Below, piece after piece: positions 1 through 12,131 of a DNA stretch of 64,000 nucleotides. Below the pieces are notes generated by a model. That model worked only from the letters and a program-made list of their open reading frames with translations. It ran no database searches and had not been told where the DNA came from. Within the stretch, counting starts at the first letter, position 1, and each line of letters starts with the position of its first letter. The stretch covers positions 930,001 through 994,000 of the forward strand of contig CATNEN010000029.1 of assembly GCA_950097015.1 (NCBI GenBank), given 5' to 3'. Both the position numbers and the translations under genes were made by a program. The DNA comes from Macrostomum hystrix. Taxonomy: Eukaryota; Animalia; Platyhelminthes.

Positions 1-61
1 TGTTTTGTACTGATAATGCCGTGATAAAAATAACCAATTTCCACATTCCTATTCCGTACAG

Positions 62-1742
62 GTGCGCCTAGTTCGTTCCTCGTCGCCTGTTCAACAGTCC
101 GCTGAGCACCAGCAACAAAAGCAGCAAGAGCAGCAGAAGCAATCGCCATCAACTATTCCAAAGGTGAGCTTTGCATTAATATATATTCCAATCAATAGTT
201 ATTAACAGTGTTGGGTATAGGTAATACGCTCGTACTTATAGTTTAAATTAGGCAGTAGCCCATTAATTGGAAGTTCTGATGTAAGGTTAGGAGCTCGTGG
301 ATAGTGGTGTTGGCCACCAGTCCATGGACTAAACAGCTGTACACAGCCTTAGCTGCGACTATGCCACTGGCAATCGCCAGATTAAAATGACGGATTAGCT
401 AGATGCCAGTAAAAATGTACTGTTGTGCTTAAATCTTTGCACTTTGTGTTAAAAGTTGTTTTCTACTTTACTAAGCGCCTTGTAACACTGCCAGCTATCA
501 TTAATCAATGCTGTGGAATCCGCAGCAGCAGCAGCAGCAGTCAACCTCCTCGTCGTCGCGGGCGTCAGCAGCTGCTGGCGGCGTTGTCGCTCGCGAGCCG
601 CCGGCTTACATTGTCCGCCTGCTAGCCGAGACAGCCGACTGCGAGACCAAAGCAGCACTAGCCGTCGCCGCCGCGTCCGAGGCCGGGCTTAACAGAGAAA
701 TAGTTCAACAATTGCGCTGCACCTGCAGCGATCATCAGGTCCCGGACATCGACTTGTCCGACGCTAGCCTGGCCGGCATCACCAGCCAGTCGGAGCGGCA
801 CGCCATCCTGCTTGGCATCTGCTTCAACCGGCTGGCTAACGATCTGGTTGCATTTGCCAAGCATTTAAATGGCTTCGCTGAGCTGCCGATGCCGGATCGG
901 GTCCAGATGCTGCAGGTGCGCTGGCTGAACCTTGTGGCTTGGCAGGTAAATCATTTCGTTGCAGTTTCTTTCTTATTTGTTATTTGCTTTAACACTTGCA
1001 TTTATATCTATCTTTCTACTTGTGCACTTTCGCACTTTGTACTTTTAAACCTTGTGCTAGGGGGCTTTTGTACTTTAGTTTTGTACTTTTTACTAATGTA
1101 GCAAACCATGCTACCGTCTGTGGTCCAGGCTCCTGTTCTAATCCTTCGCCTCCCGCCCTCTCCGATCCGCCGGCATAGATTGCCTACCAGTCTTTTCCCT
1201 ACGACGGCCACCTGAAGCTGTGCCGCAATTTCTGGATCCGCGAAGACGCTGCCTCACTGTTCGCCGGCCGAATACCCGTGCGCAGCGGCGGCCTCCTGCG
1301 CTGCCTGGCCGGCCTGCTGACTCGCCTCGGCCTGACCGAAGCCGAATTCCTTCTATTGAAGGCAGCCTACCTGCTGGAGGCGCCGTGCTCCTATCAGTGG
1401 ATCGATCGGCCCGCCATCGATCGGCTCCAGGAGCGCTACCTGATTGAACTGCGCGCCGTCTGTCCCAGCCAGAGCCGGCGCGCCCGCCTGCTGTCGCTAG
1501 ACGGTCTGCTTGAAGCCATTCGCGTACTGACTGTTGGCTACTGGCTGAGGGTTATGCAACGCACGCCCTACACACCGCCGCCACTGGTCACAGAGATGCT
1601 CACTTTCTCATTAGCCAATGTGCCGCATGTGTCCTCCGACCTCACTAACAATGAGCAGCAGCAGCAGCAGCAGGACAGTGGCGCTTCAGTTTCGCAGGAC
1701 GGCGTCACTGAAGCCATAGGCTCTGTTGAGCCAGTGCTTTAA
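62..1742 (+). CDS. Nuclear hormone receptor, NR3/ERR-like hinge and ligand-binding domain; 5' part (DNA-binding domain) lies upstream of the window
   Basis: Predicted exons 62-163 (AG 60-61, GT 164-165), ~526-945 (GT 946-947) and 1179-1742 (AG 1177-1178), all phase 0. The spliced protein has the LBD signature LVAFAKHLNGFAELPMPDRVQMLQVRW, then IAYQSFPYDGHL (cf. ERR YRSLPYDDKL), LTEAEFLLLKAAYLL and an AF-2-like PLVTEML. The exon 2 acceptor is uncertain (CAG run). Confidence 0.8.
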
Positions 1743-1994
1743 ATCCTCACCGACATTGTGAAGAATATCGCGCATGGATCCTCTGGTTTTTCCTCTGTTC
1801 TGACTGTGAAGATTAAATTAATTGTGCAAAGTTTGCTTGTCTAGAAGATGAACTAACTCTATCTGCAAATTGTAAGACATTATTTGCTGCGTGTCAATTA
1901 ATATAAATAATTCAATTTGTTAAAAAAGTTTGAAATTCTCGCCATTTTGAAATGATAGATTTATTTTTTCAGCTATTTCTGTTTCGTCTAATTA

Positions 1995-2323
1995 ACAGTA
2001 ATTATGATAGCAATAATGATAGTCGATTACACCTGCCCTAATTGGGTCAGATGTGCAGCCGACAGCACAGCCGCAGCTATTGCGCAGCGCATCTGAAGGC
2101 TGCGTACGGCTGTTCAGTCCATGGACTGGTGGGACCCCACACCCACCCTCAATTATCCCAGCTGATGCTGGTACCAATTTAACAGCTGGGTGAACTGAAG
2201 CAATGCAGAGTTAAGTGTCTTGCTAAAGGACACAGATTGTTCTGGTTAAGTCGAGAATCGAACTTCCGACCTTCAAGTCGCGAGTCCGACTCTCTTACCT
2301 CTAGGCTACAACCCCTTTGTCTT
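1995..2323 (-). mobile_element. tRNA-derived SINE, family A, full length
   Basis: The minus strand has a tRNA-like head (GGTTGTAGCCTAGAGG...GTTCGATTC), a CORE-like centre and an AT-rich tail. The 9-bp direct repeat GTCTAATTA flanks it at 1986-1994 and 2324-2332. It matches 54249-54561. Confidence 0.8.
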
Positions 2324-3099
2324 GTCTAATTATTGTATCTGTATTTCTATATTATCCTACCCGCTCTTGTCTAACTGATACTCACCTGCTAGTGTAACAG
2401 GTTATTTTATGAATTGAAATGAAATGTCGTGTTTATCAGCTGAAAATGCTATTTATTTACCAATATCAAATCAAGAATATCACGCCTTGTTGATACTTAG
2501 ATTTCTGTCAATGAAAGATGCTGAATAATCAATAACCCACGGTACCTAAGTTCGAATCCTCAGTGAGACCAAAATTAATTTAGTTGTTTTGGGGATTAGC
2601 CTAGGACACTCTGACAGTGTACAATGACCTCACAATGAGAATCTAAGATTAAGGGGTAAAAGTGCACTGACCTGTCTGGCTTTGTGCTTCAGAATTATCA
2701 GCATCTTTCATGTAAAGCACTATTTAGTTATTTTGTATCCTTTTTAATTTTGCCGCCAATGAAAATGTTGTGCTCAAATTATGCGCCTACACTAAGCATT
2801 ATTGTCGATTCTTAATAACCTACTTATTTATTTATTATCGATCAAGGGTGACCTACTTACCGCTTAAGTATTTTCATTTTGTTATTCTGCTTTATAAATC
2901 CTAACGTTGATTGTTTAATATCGGTGTTTCACACTTAATTATTTAGTTTTATTGCGCTTTTATCAGTGCTAACGTACTTATACTCGGTTGAAACATTATA
3001 CGCATCAATATTGCCGCTGTTTTCACTTAGTCGTATAAGATAATAATAAAATCACACTTATTTGTACCCGTTGTCAAATCTGTTTTTCTAAGAAAATAA

Positions 3100-4633
3100 T
3101 CTTTGTGTTTTTGTGACTGCATATTTACTGTGGGATTTTTGTGGCAGCATATTATCCCAATACTGAGGGATCTTTGTGACTGCATATTGTCCCAATACTG
3201 TGTGGGGTCTTTGTGACTGCCTATTGTCCCAATACTGTGTGGGGTCTTTGTGACTGCCTATTGTCCCAATACTGAGGGATCTTTGTGACTGCATATTGTC
3301 CCAATACTGAGGGATCTTTGTGACTGCATATTGTCCCAATACTGTGGGGTCTTTGTGACTGCCTATTGTCCCAATACTGAGGGATCTTTGTGGCAGCATA
3401 TTATCCCAATACTTTGGGGTCTTTGTGACTGCATATTGTCCCAATACTGTGTGGGGTCTTTGTGACTGCCTATTGTCCTAATACTGAGGGATCTTTGTGA
3501 CTGCATATTGTCCCAATACTGTGTGGGGTCTTTGTGACTGCCTATTGTCCTAATACTGTGGGGTCTTTGTGACTGCCTATTGTCCTAATACTGTGGGGTC
3601 TTTGTGACTGCCTATTGTCCTAATACTGTGGGGTCTTTGTGACTGCCTATTGTCCTAATACTGTGGGGTCTTTGTGACTGCCTATTGTCCTAATACTGTG
3701 GGGTCTTTGTGACTGCCTATTGTCCTAATACTTTGGGGTCTTTGAGACTGCATATTGTCCCAATACTGTTTGGGGTCTTTGTGACTGCCTATTGTCCTAA
3801 TACTGTGGGGTCTTTGTGACTGCCTATTGTCCCAATACTTTGGGGTCTTTGAGACTGCATATTGTCCCAATACTGTTTGGGGTCTTTGTGACTGCCTATT
3901 GTCCTAATACTGTGGGGTCTTTGTGACTGCATATTGTCCTAATACTGTGGGGTCTTTGTGACTGCCTATTGTCCCAATACTTTGGGGTCTTTGAGACTGC
4001 ATATTGTCCCAATACTGTTTGGGGTCTTTGTGACTGCCTATTGTCCTAATACTGTGGGGTCTTTGTGACTGCATATTGTCCCAATACTGTGTGGTCTTTG
4101 TGACTGCATATTGTCCTAATACTGTGGGGTCTTTGTGACTGCCTATTGTCCTAATACTGTGGGGTCTTTGTGACTGCCTTTTGTCCCAATACTGTGGGGT
4201 CTTTGTGACTGCCTATTGTCCCAATACTGTGGGGTCTTTGTGACTGCCTATTGTCCCAATGCTGTGGGGTCTTTGTGACTGCCCATTGTCCCAATACTGT
4301 GGGGTCTTTGTGACTGCCTATTGTCCCAATGCTGTGGGGTCTTTGTGACTGCCCATTGTCCCAATACTGTGGGGTCTTTGTGACTGCCTATTGTCCCAAT
4401 GCTGTGGGGTCTTTGTGACTGCCTATTGTCCCAATATTGTGGGATCTTTGCGATTGCCTATTGTCCTAATACTGTGGGGTCTTTGTGACTGCCTATTGTC
4501 CCAATGCTGTGGGGTCTTTGTGACTGCCCATTGTCCCAATACTGTGGGGTCTTTGTGACTGCCTATTGTCCCAATGCTGTGGGGTCTTTGTGACTGCCTA
4601 TTGTCCCAATACTGTGGGGTCTTTGTGACTGCA
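3100..4633. repeat. Minisatellite, ~35-bp unit (TGTGGGGTCTTTGTGACTGCCTATTGTCCTAATAC) with 37-bp variants
   Basis: Direct tandem repetition, about 40 units. Confidence 0.95.
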
Positions 4634-5199
4634 GTGTCAATCATGCTTGACTTTTATGCAAATATTATAAGGCAATGTTTAAATGTGAGTCTTTGTTTGC
4701 TTCTGTTGTAGAACCGTGTGTTATGTGTATTTACAGATGTCAATTGTCACAACAGCCTAGTTAGTGCTCTTGCTAATCTATATCTAGCATTGCCATTCTT
4801 CTTCATAGTTTTTCCCCGCCACAGGCCCTGCTTTGTTGTTTTGAATTTCTCTTCAGAAAATATTCCTTTTTTGCTCTTCTTTGTCTTTCTTATTATTTGG
4901 CAGTTTTGTTTCAGCTTTCCAAAAACAGGTTTTCCGTCGGCCGTCCTCCTGGAAACTTCTGTTTCACTTTGAACAAAGACTTAATTGTTCAATTTGGATT
5001 AAATTTTTAAATAAATAAATTATTTGAAATTGTCTCGACTATACTTTGTTCTGTCTGTTTGTGTTAACGGATTTATGCATATGAAATGCATTAAATTTGA
5101 TTTATTTGCATGTTATTGTCTGCATTCTTTGATTAATTCAGTTGTAGCTGCACAGCACACATGCATAAGATATTAGCTGGACTACTGTGCTTTTCAAAT

Positions 5200-5272
5200 A
5201 CAGATTGAGCTGAGAATCGAACTCACGACCTCTTGATCATAAGTCCAACGCCCTAGCCACAGGGCTACAAAT
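5200..5272 (-). mobile_element. tRNA-like SINE head fragment
   Basis: The reverse complement reads TGTAGCCCTGTGGCTAGGGCGTTGGACTT...GAGTTCGATTCTC, with A and B boxes resembling the family A head. Confidence 0.5.
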
Positions 5273-5454
5273 TTCCCTAGCCTGAATTGTAAGTTGGTCA
5301 TTTTGGTTCGAAGTGAATGGTCGGATGCTTACGATCTTATAATGGGCATGAGCACTTCCGATTTTCATTGGCTGTGAGCTTATCATTAGGTGGTCATTGG
5401 ACGAGATGCTCATTTATTTAGAGGTGCTCAAATGACTTAATTACTTATATTATA

Positions 5455-6020
5455 AAGTCATCGGTCATGGGGTGGGTGCTCATCTGAGAGTCATGGGTCA
5501 TGCGGTGGGCGCTCATCTGAGTCTCATAGGTCATTGCGTGGGTGCTCATCTGAGAGTGATGGGTCCTGGGGTGGGTGCTCATCTGAGAGTCATGGGTCAT
5601 GGGGTGGGTGCTCATTTGTAAGTCATTTTTCATGGGGTGGGTGCTCATCTGACAGTCATGGGTCATGGTAGTGGGTGCTCATTTTTTAGTCATGTTTAAT
5701 GGGGTGGGTGCTCATCTGAGACTCATAGGTCATGGGGTGGGTGCTCATCTGAGAGTCATGGGTCATGGGTTGGGTGCTCATCTGTCAGTCATGAGTCATT
5801 GGGTGGGTGCTCATCTGAGAGTCATGGGTCATGGGGTGGGTGCTTATCTGTCAGTCATGAGTCATTGGGTGGGCGCTCATCTGTCAGTCATGAGTCATGG
5901 GGTGGGCGCTCATCTGTCAGTCATGAGTCATGGGGTGGGCGCTCATCTGTCAGTCATGAGTCATGGGGTGGGCGCTCATCTGTCAGTCATGAGTCATGGG
6001 GTGGGTGCTCATCTGAGATT
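5455..6020. repeat. Minisatellite, 33-bp unit (GGGGTGGGTGCTCATCTGAGAGTCATGGGTCAT)
   Basis: Tandem repetition; explains ORFs 5445-5666, 5665-6099 and 5799-6110. Confidence 0.93.
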
Positions 6021-6806
6021 ATTGGATACGTTGTTATCTTTAACAGAAATATTCATTTTTTTAAGCGTGCAAAATTTTGTGATTTACGAGTTAGTTTAGC
6101 AAAAAACTGAATTTCAGAATTTCAAAATTCCTCACACTCGCCAATGACTCCCATCGGATATTGGAGTGGATTGGGCGACAGAGGAAGAATGAGTAACAGG
6201 GCGTGATCGGATTTGATCAGCCGTTGTACTCGATAACTGAACCAGCCCTGCTTGCACAGCAAGGCACATTTGCAGCAACAGGCAGGCAGTGCAGACTGAG
6301 AAATATGAGCACACTGTATTGGTGAGATTGGTGAGACCCGAATCAATATCTTTGCTCAGCCAACTCCAACTCCGACCCTGGGAATGTGCAGTCCTGTATT
6401 TCCTGTGTTTTTTAAGGAACACGTGGGATCTATAGCGCAGGGATTAATTCTTTCTGTGCGCAAGCTAGGCTGGCTAAAATGGAGGCCTTAGTCTTCATAG
6501 TTGAGTAGCAGAGTTCCTCCGTGGCGTACTCACTTGAGCAGTGCTCAACGAGGCGTATTAAAAATAAGGCGACTTCTGTGCCCAGAATTATCCAGAGCAG
6601 TGGGCCAGCTCTGAATCAGGCCGCTGAAGTCTTTTTTGCTTCATTTTTCACCTCGTTCTAGGCCCCAATTTGATTGCCGCGGCCTAGATCTCGGAGGCCC
6701 CTGGGGACCGCCTTACAGCTCGTCTAGACAGCCACCTGTCCGACTTTATACTTCAGCTGAGGCCTCTAAGGGCTGCTGAGAACCCGAAACAGCCGGACGG
6801 TGTCCG

Positions 6807-6909
6807 ATGTCTGCGAACGGACTAAACCGACTTGAGGACAGGTTTCGCTTGGCGCTTGCCGGCCTCGGCGACATGCTGGCGAGATCCGACTGTGAGAACT
6901 GCGGTCTGC

Positions 6910-6960
<51 letters not shown>

Positions 6961-6984
6961 CTGTCTGTCTGTCCGTCTGTCTGT

Positions 6985-7019
<35 letters not shown>

Positions 7020-7080
7020 CCTGTCTGTCTGTCTGTCTGGCTGGTTGGCTGGCTGGCTGCCTGTCTGTCTGTCTGTCTGT

Positions 7081-7111
<31 letters not shown>

Positions 7112-10100
7112 CCTGTCTGTCTGTCTGTCTGGCTGGCTGGCTGGCTGGCTGGCTGCCTGTCTGTCCGTCTGTCTGTCTGTCCGTCTGTCTGTCTGGCTGG
7201 CTGGCTGGCTGCCTGTCTGGCTGGCTGGCTGTCAATACATCTATCAATATAAATCAATTTATCTATCAATCTATCTGTCTATCAATCTATCTGTCTATCA
7301 ATCTATCTGTCTATCAATCTATCTGTCTATCAATCTATATGTCTATCAATCTATCTGTCTATCAATCTATATGTCTATCAATCTATCTGTCTATCAATCT
7401 ATCTGTCTATCAATCTATCTGTCTATCAATCTATCTGTCTATCAATCTATCTGTCTATCAATCTATCTGTCTATCAATCTATCTGTCTATCAATCTATAT
7501 GTCTATCAATCTATCTGTCTATCAATCTATATGTCTATCAATCTATCTGTCTATCAATCTATCTGTCTATCAATCTATCTGTCTATCAATCTATCTGTCT
7601 ATCAATCTATATGTCTATCAATCTATCTGTCTATCAATCTATCTGTCTATCAATCTATCTGTCTATCAATCTATCTGTCTATCAATCTATCTGTCTATCA
7701 ATCTATCTGTCTATCAATCTATTTGTCTATCAATCTATCTGTCTATCAATCTATCTGTCTATCAATCTATCTGTCAATCAGTCTTCCTAGTGAGCAGATA
7801 GAAATCACGTCTAGCAATTGGGGCCGAATGCAGAGCCACTGCTCCATCCGCAGCCGTCGCATTCAAAAGCGGCGTGCAGCTGGCTGTTCAGTCCGTGGAC
7901 TGGGCGGCTACCATTTTATAGCTGGTTGTTAATTATGTTCCAGGGGCTACAGACACCCTTGAAATGTATCTATCTAAATAACTTAAATCATTCTTCCTCT
8001 TTCCTTCCGTTTGCCTTCCCATCACTGAACTACCTGAAGTGGAGTTAACTTTTCATAAGAACTAGTCTAGATATATTCTTCTTCACTTCCGTTTACAGCA
8101 ACAAAAATATCAGATTCCCAAATTTAATCAACTATGAAGGAAATTCAGAAATTCAGTAGGGCTGCTAAATTTCCTGAGGGTGCTCTCGACGAAAATTTCG
8201 CTACTTTAATTTCAATATGCAATTTCCTCACAATTGCCTTTGCAGCCCGGCGGCGGCAGTTCGCCAGTCCAGCCTCTGTACTGCGCGGACCTCGAAAATC
8301 GATCGATGGCCGTCGCGACGGTCCGATCGGGCGGATCTTGGAGGACCTGGTGCACTTCAACAACAACCTGACGCCGACTGCCAAGGACCCCGCCGTCTGG
8401 TGGTGCCCGCCAGCTGCTGAAATTGCGGCAGAGGCCGGAGCTTCGTCAGCCGCCGGCGTTTGCGTCACCTTCGGCGAGCTCAACGGTCGAGCCAATTTTT
8501 TGGCACGCTGTCTGCAACGAGTTCTACGCGCTCACGGCGTCGTCGAAGACGACGAGTTCAGCGGTGTCACCATTTGCGCCGTCATGCCGAGCTGCCCGGA
8601 CCGGCTCGCCCTGGAGCTTGCGGCGCTGAAGCTCGGCCTGCCGCTGCTGGGCCTTGAAGAACCCGACGGAAGTCTTGGCCGGCTGTTGGACGCCCTGCAG
8701 AAGACAGCAGCTCCGTCGGCTGCATCTGGCACATCAGCGACTGTCGTGCTGGTGACATCGGCCGGAGCCGCGTTGCGCCTGCCAGATCTCCGCTGCCTGT
8801 CGCCGTCGTTGGCGCTGCAGTTCGAGGACCTCGCCGAGGCCGGCCAAGCTCTCGGCCTGTCCGACCGCGATCTTCAGGACGACGAGAGGCCGGCTGCCGT
8901 CCAAGACGCAGACTCCGCGTCGCTAGCGGTAGCCTTCACCGTGGAGACACTCGGCGGCCGTCTGGTTAACGTGACTCAAGGCCAGCTGCTGGCTGCCGTA
9001 GGCTTCCTGCGCGACTGCGTGCCCTGGCAGTGCCACGAGGTCCTGTGGCTCGGCGACTCCTGCGACAGCGTTTATTGGCGGGTGCACGCGCTGAGCGCCC
9101 TGCTGCAGGGCATCCCCCTGCTGCTCTGCCCCGGCTGTGCACGCTGGGATGCCTGGCTGGGGCTGCTGCGATCTCAGTGAGTGCTGGGGCTGCAGTGATT
9201 TCAGTGAGTGCTGGGGCTGCAGTGATTTCAGTGAGTGCTGGGGCTGCAGTGATTTCAGTGAGTGCTGGGGCTGCAGTGATTTCAGTGAGTACTGGGGCTT
9301 CAGTGATTTCAGTGAGTGCTGGGGCTGCAGTGATTTCAGTGAGTGCTGGGGCTGCAGTGATTTCAGTGAGTGCTGGGGCTGCAGTGATTTCAGTGAGTGC
9401 TGGGGCTGCAGTGATTTCAGTGAGTGCTGGGGCTGCTGCGATCTCAGTGGGTGCTGGGGCTGGTGGAGCTGGGATCACTTTCATGCTATTAAATCGAGCT
9501 TTCAGTCCACCTCACCAACCACCTGATCCATCTCAGTTATGTCACTCGACTGGTGACCAGTCCGAGCTTCCTGACGGACCTACTGGCTCACACCGGCAGC
9601 CGGCCTGCCGCTCGGGCCCAGCTGGCCTCCGTTGAAGCCGTCCTGGTGATCGGCGAGCCGCTGCCACCGCGCATCGCCGACGACTTCTTCCACCAGCTGG
9701 GCTCCGGCCGCACCCTCGGCTGCTTCTACGGCTGCGTGGAAGCCTGCGGCGCCGCCGCCTACGGCCTGTTCCGCTGTCCGGCCGATGTACAGGAGGCGCG
9801 GCGACTGTCCGACTGCTTGCTGGCGCTACCGGAGGCGGCCCCGAATGTCCGCCTGGCCGTTACGGACCAGCGGGGCCGGCCGCTGCCTGCCGGTCAGCTG
9901 GGCGAGATCCGGCTCCTCCTGCCGGGCAGTCACGCCTCTTGCGACGTAGCCGACGACGGCGCTACCTGGACTGCTGGCCCGTCGGCGCTTCGGACTGGCG
10001 ACTTCGGCCAGCTGACGGACGGCCGCCTGTTGTGCTACGGCCGCGCCGATCCGTCAATGACGGCCGCCGTTGAAGCGGCAGCCAGGCTGGGCTGGCGAGT

Positions 10101-12131
10101 GCGGATGACGCCTAGCGGGACGCGGCTCCTGGCTCAGCCGGCGTCGGCCGAATGTCGGCGATTCACAACTGCGCCACTGATGCGCTGTCTTGAAATGGCA
10201 ACCGACTGTACAGGTGTGGACCGCCTCCGACCTCCCCAAACTTCTTCAACCTTCACAATTTCCGCTCCCAGCCTTAAAAACACCATTCTCCCATTCTCCC
10301 GCCTTGTCCACAGTCGGGTTGCTCGCCGACTGGTCCTCGATGCCTCGCCGACGCCTCTGGGAGCTGCCCGACCCGAGTTCGGTGCGGCGGCCCACTTTGC
10401 TTGACGTCGATTCCGAAAATGGCGGCGGCCGCAGCAGGGACAGCGGCAGCGCAGAGGCTGTTGAAAATAATGGCGACGGTGTCGAAGCCTGGCCGGCCGC
10501 TGCGCTTCGACTCGCCGAAGCGGCCACCGCCGGACGCTCCGCTTGTGCCGGCCGAATGAGTCGCATGCTGAGCTGCGCCGAGCCTTCAGGAGGTGGCAAA
10601 ATTGTTCAGTCTGCCTGGGAGAGCCACCTGCCCTACACGGAGGCCGCGTATAGGACGGAGGGGCCGGAAATCAGCGGCGGCGGCATCGGCAGCCTCCGCC
10701 TGCTGGACCGTTCGGGCCGGGTCGCAGCTCTGGTGGAATTCCGAGTCATTGAGTCCGGCATCGTCGGAGCGGCGGCCGAAGCCGCAGACATTGGCTTCGA
10801 TGCGGCGGCCTGTTCAACGGCGCTGAACAGCGAATTGTCGGCCACTGACGAAACCACTGACGACGGCGCCATTCGAATTTGTCGAGCTCTAAGAGTTCGA
10901 TTTCCTCAGTGCGGCGGCGGCGGTGCAAGCGGCGGCACCAGAGCGCTACGCTTTCTGCGTCTGGCGGATCTGGTGGAGAATCTGCTGCTTCACTGTGCCC
11001 AGCTGCTCGGCTGCGGCGCGGCGCTTCGGGTGGCTGACGACAGCATTACTCAGGTGCGCATTGTAGGGCCAGCCGTGGCGTTTACTAAGTACTGTGTACT
11101 GAGCCTGTGTACTCTGTGTGCTGTGTACTGTACTTTACTGTGTACTATGTACTGTACTGTGTACTGTACTGTACTTTAATTTACGCTTCTAGAGTGCACT
11201 GTACAGTGTTTTATGTTTATACTATAAAATCTTTGGATCTAGGATCGATTCTTAAAGCTCAAATCAATGACTCTACACGCACTGATTGTTAACGAAATTC
11301 ACAGTGTGCTTTACTTTCTTAATTTAGATCGCATGCGCTGGTTTAGTTCAGACTTCAAAATGCTCCCAGAAGGAATCATTTTATTTGTTAATCCACCAAG
11401 CTCTGAAGGGCAGTAAGCTAAAGCACCCGGGGAGACTCGACTAGACAAGGCGGAAGAGAGAAAAAATGAAGACTAGTTTTCGCGTGCCCCAGCCCTGAGC
11501 TGTCTTTCAACTCATGTTGAGAATAGTAATTCTCTGTCCCTGTGAATAGTAACAATGCTGGGCCTAAAAATAACTTTCTTTTGTCTGCTATAAGCTCCTT
11601 GGCCTTACTGACCTAATATGTACTTTTTTTCTTTTTTTAAGGTTTTTTTTTAATGTGTCCATAAGCCAGTCACTTAATTCCTAATTTTCCAATATACCGA
11701 GTTGTCAAATGGTTGCCAGTATCAACTAGGGGTAGAAATTCAGCTTTGGTGTCCATGGACTGAACAGTTGCACAAGTTGTACACCATCCAACCAGGCCCT
11801 CTGCCAGGAGCTCGGCTATCGACTGGCTTCAACCCGGCAGGCGGTGCAATCGAACGGCCTGGACGTCAACGGCAGTTTCGGTCGCGGCGGCGGCAGCCGG
11901 AGCAGCGCCAGTAGTCGCAGCAGCAGCGTCAGCAGCAGCAGCGGGGGCGGCGGCAGCGGCGGCAGCGGAAGCGGAGGCGGCAGTCGCGGCCGAGGCCAGG
12001 CTTGGGAGTCGGCGACGGTGTCGGAGGTGCACGCCCTGTGCCGCAGCCAATCAGCGGTGCTGATGATCCGCCGGGTGCCTCCGCTGCCGGCCGAGGCCCG
12101 ACAATCGGAGAAATCGGCTCTCGAAATCTGA
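6807..12131 (+). CDS. ebony: Ebony / metazoan NRPS-like protein (adenylation-like domain plus AANAT-like C-terminal domain) with degenerate catalytic motifs, ~922 aa
   Basis: Predicted exons 6807-6891, 8246-9176, 9537-10213, 10314-11053 and 11796-12131. All introns are GT-AG, phases are compatible and the total is 2769 nt with no internal stop. Ebony-like segments in the right order: SVLRGP, TFGELNGRANFLAR, GEPLPPRIADDFF, FYGCVEA, RTGDFGQLTDGRLLCYGRAD, LVENLLLHCAQ...DSITQ (cf. Ebony FMEHEVLRVARE...SPLTQ), ELGY. Confidence 0.8.
6909..7775. repeat. Compound microsatellite (CTGT)n/(CTGG)n followed by a 16-bp unit (CTATCTGTCTATCAAT), in intron 1 of the Ebony-like gene
   Basis: Direct repetition; the long ORFs here are artefacts. 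Confidence 0.95.
9177..9460. repeat. 27-bp minisatellite (GTGAGTGCTGGGGCTGCAGTGATTTCA) starting at the intron 2 donor
   Basis: About 10 tandem units, each containing GTGAGT. Confidence 0.92.
11093..11175. repeat. (TGTAC)n degenerate microsatellite
   Basis: Direct repetition in the last intron of the Ebony-like gene. Confidence 0.85.

Noticed and set aside
6122-6422. Minus-strand ORFs with a hydrophobic or Cys-rich stretch
   Set aside because: No recognisable family and no convincing splice partners; left uncalled.
6766-7932. ORFs of 141-366 aa on both strands
   Set aside because: Microsatellite translation. Only 6807-6891 is retained, as the likely first exon of the Ebony-like gene.
10190-10404. 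Apparent frameshift between ORFs 9553-10404 and 10190-11179 suggesting a pseudogene
   Set aside because: Resolved by a 100-nt GT-AG intron (10214-10313) with matching phase 1. It still needs RNA confirmation.
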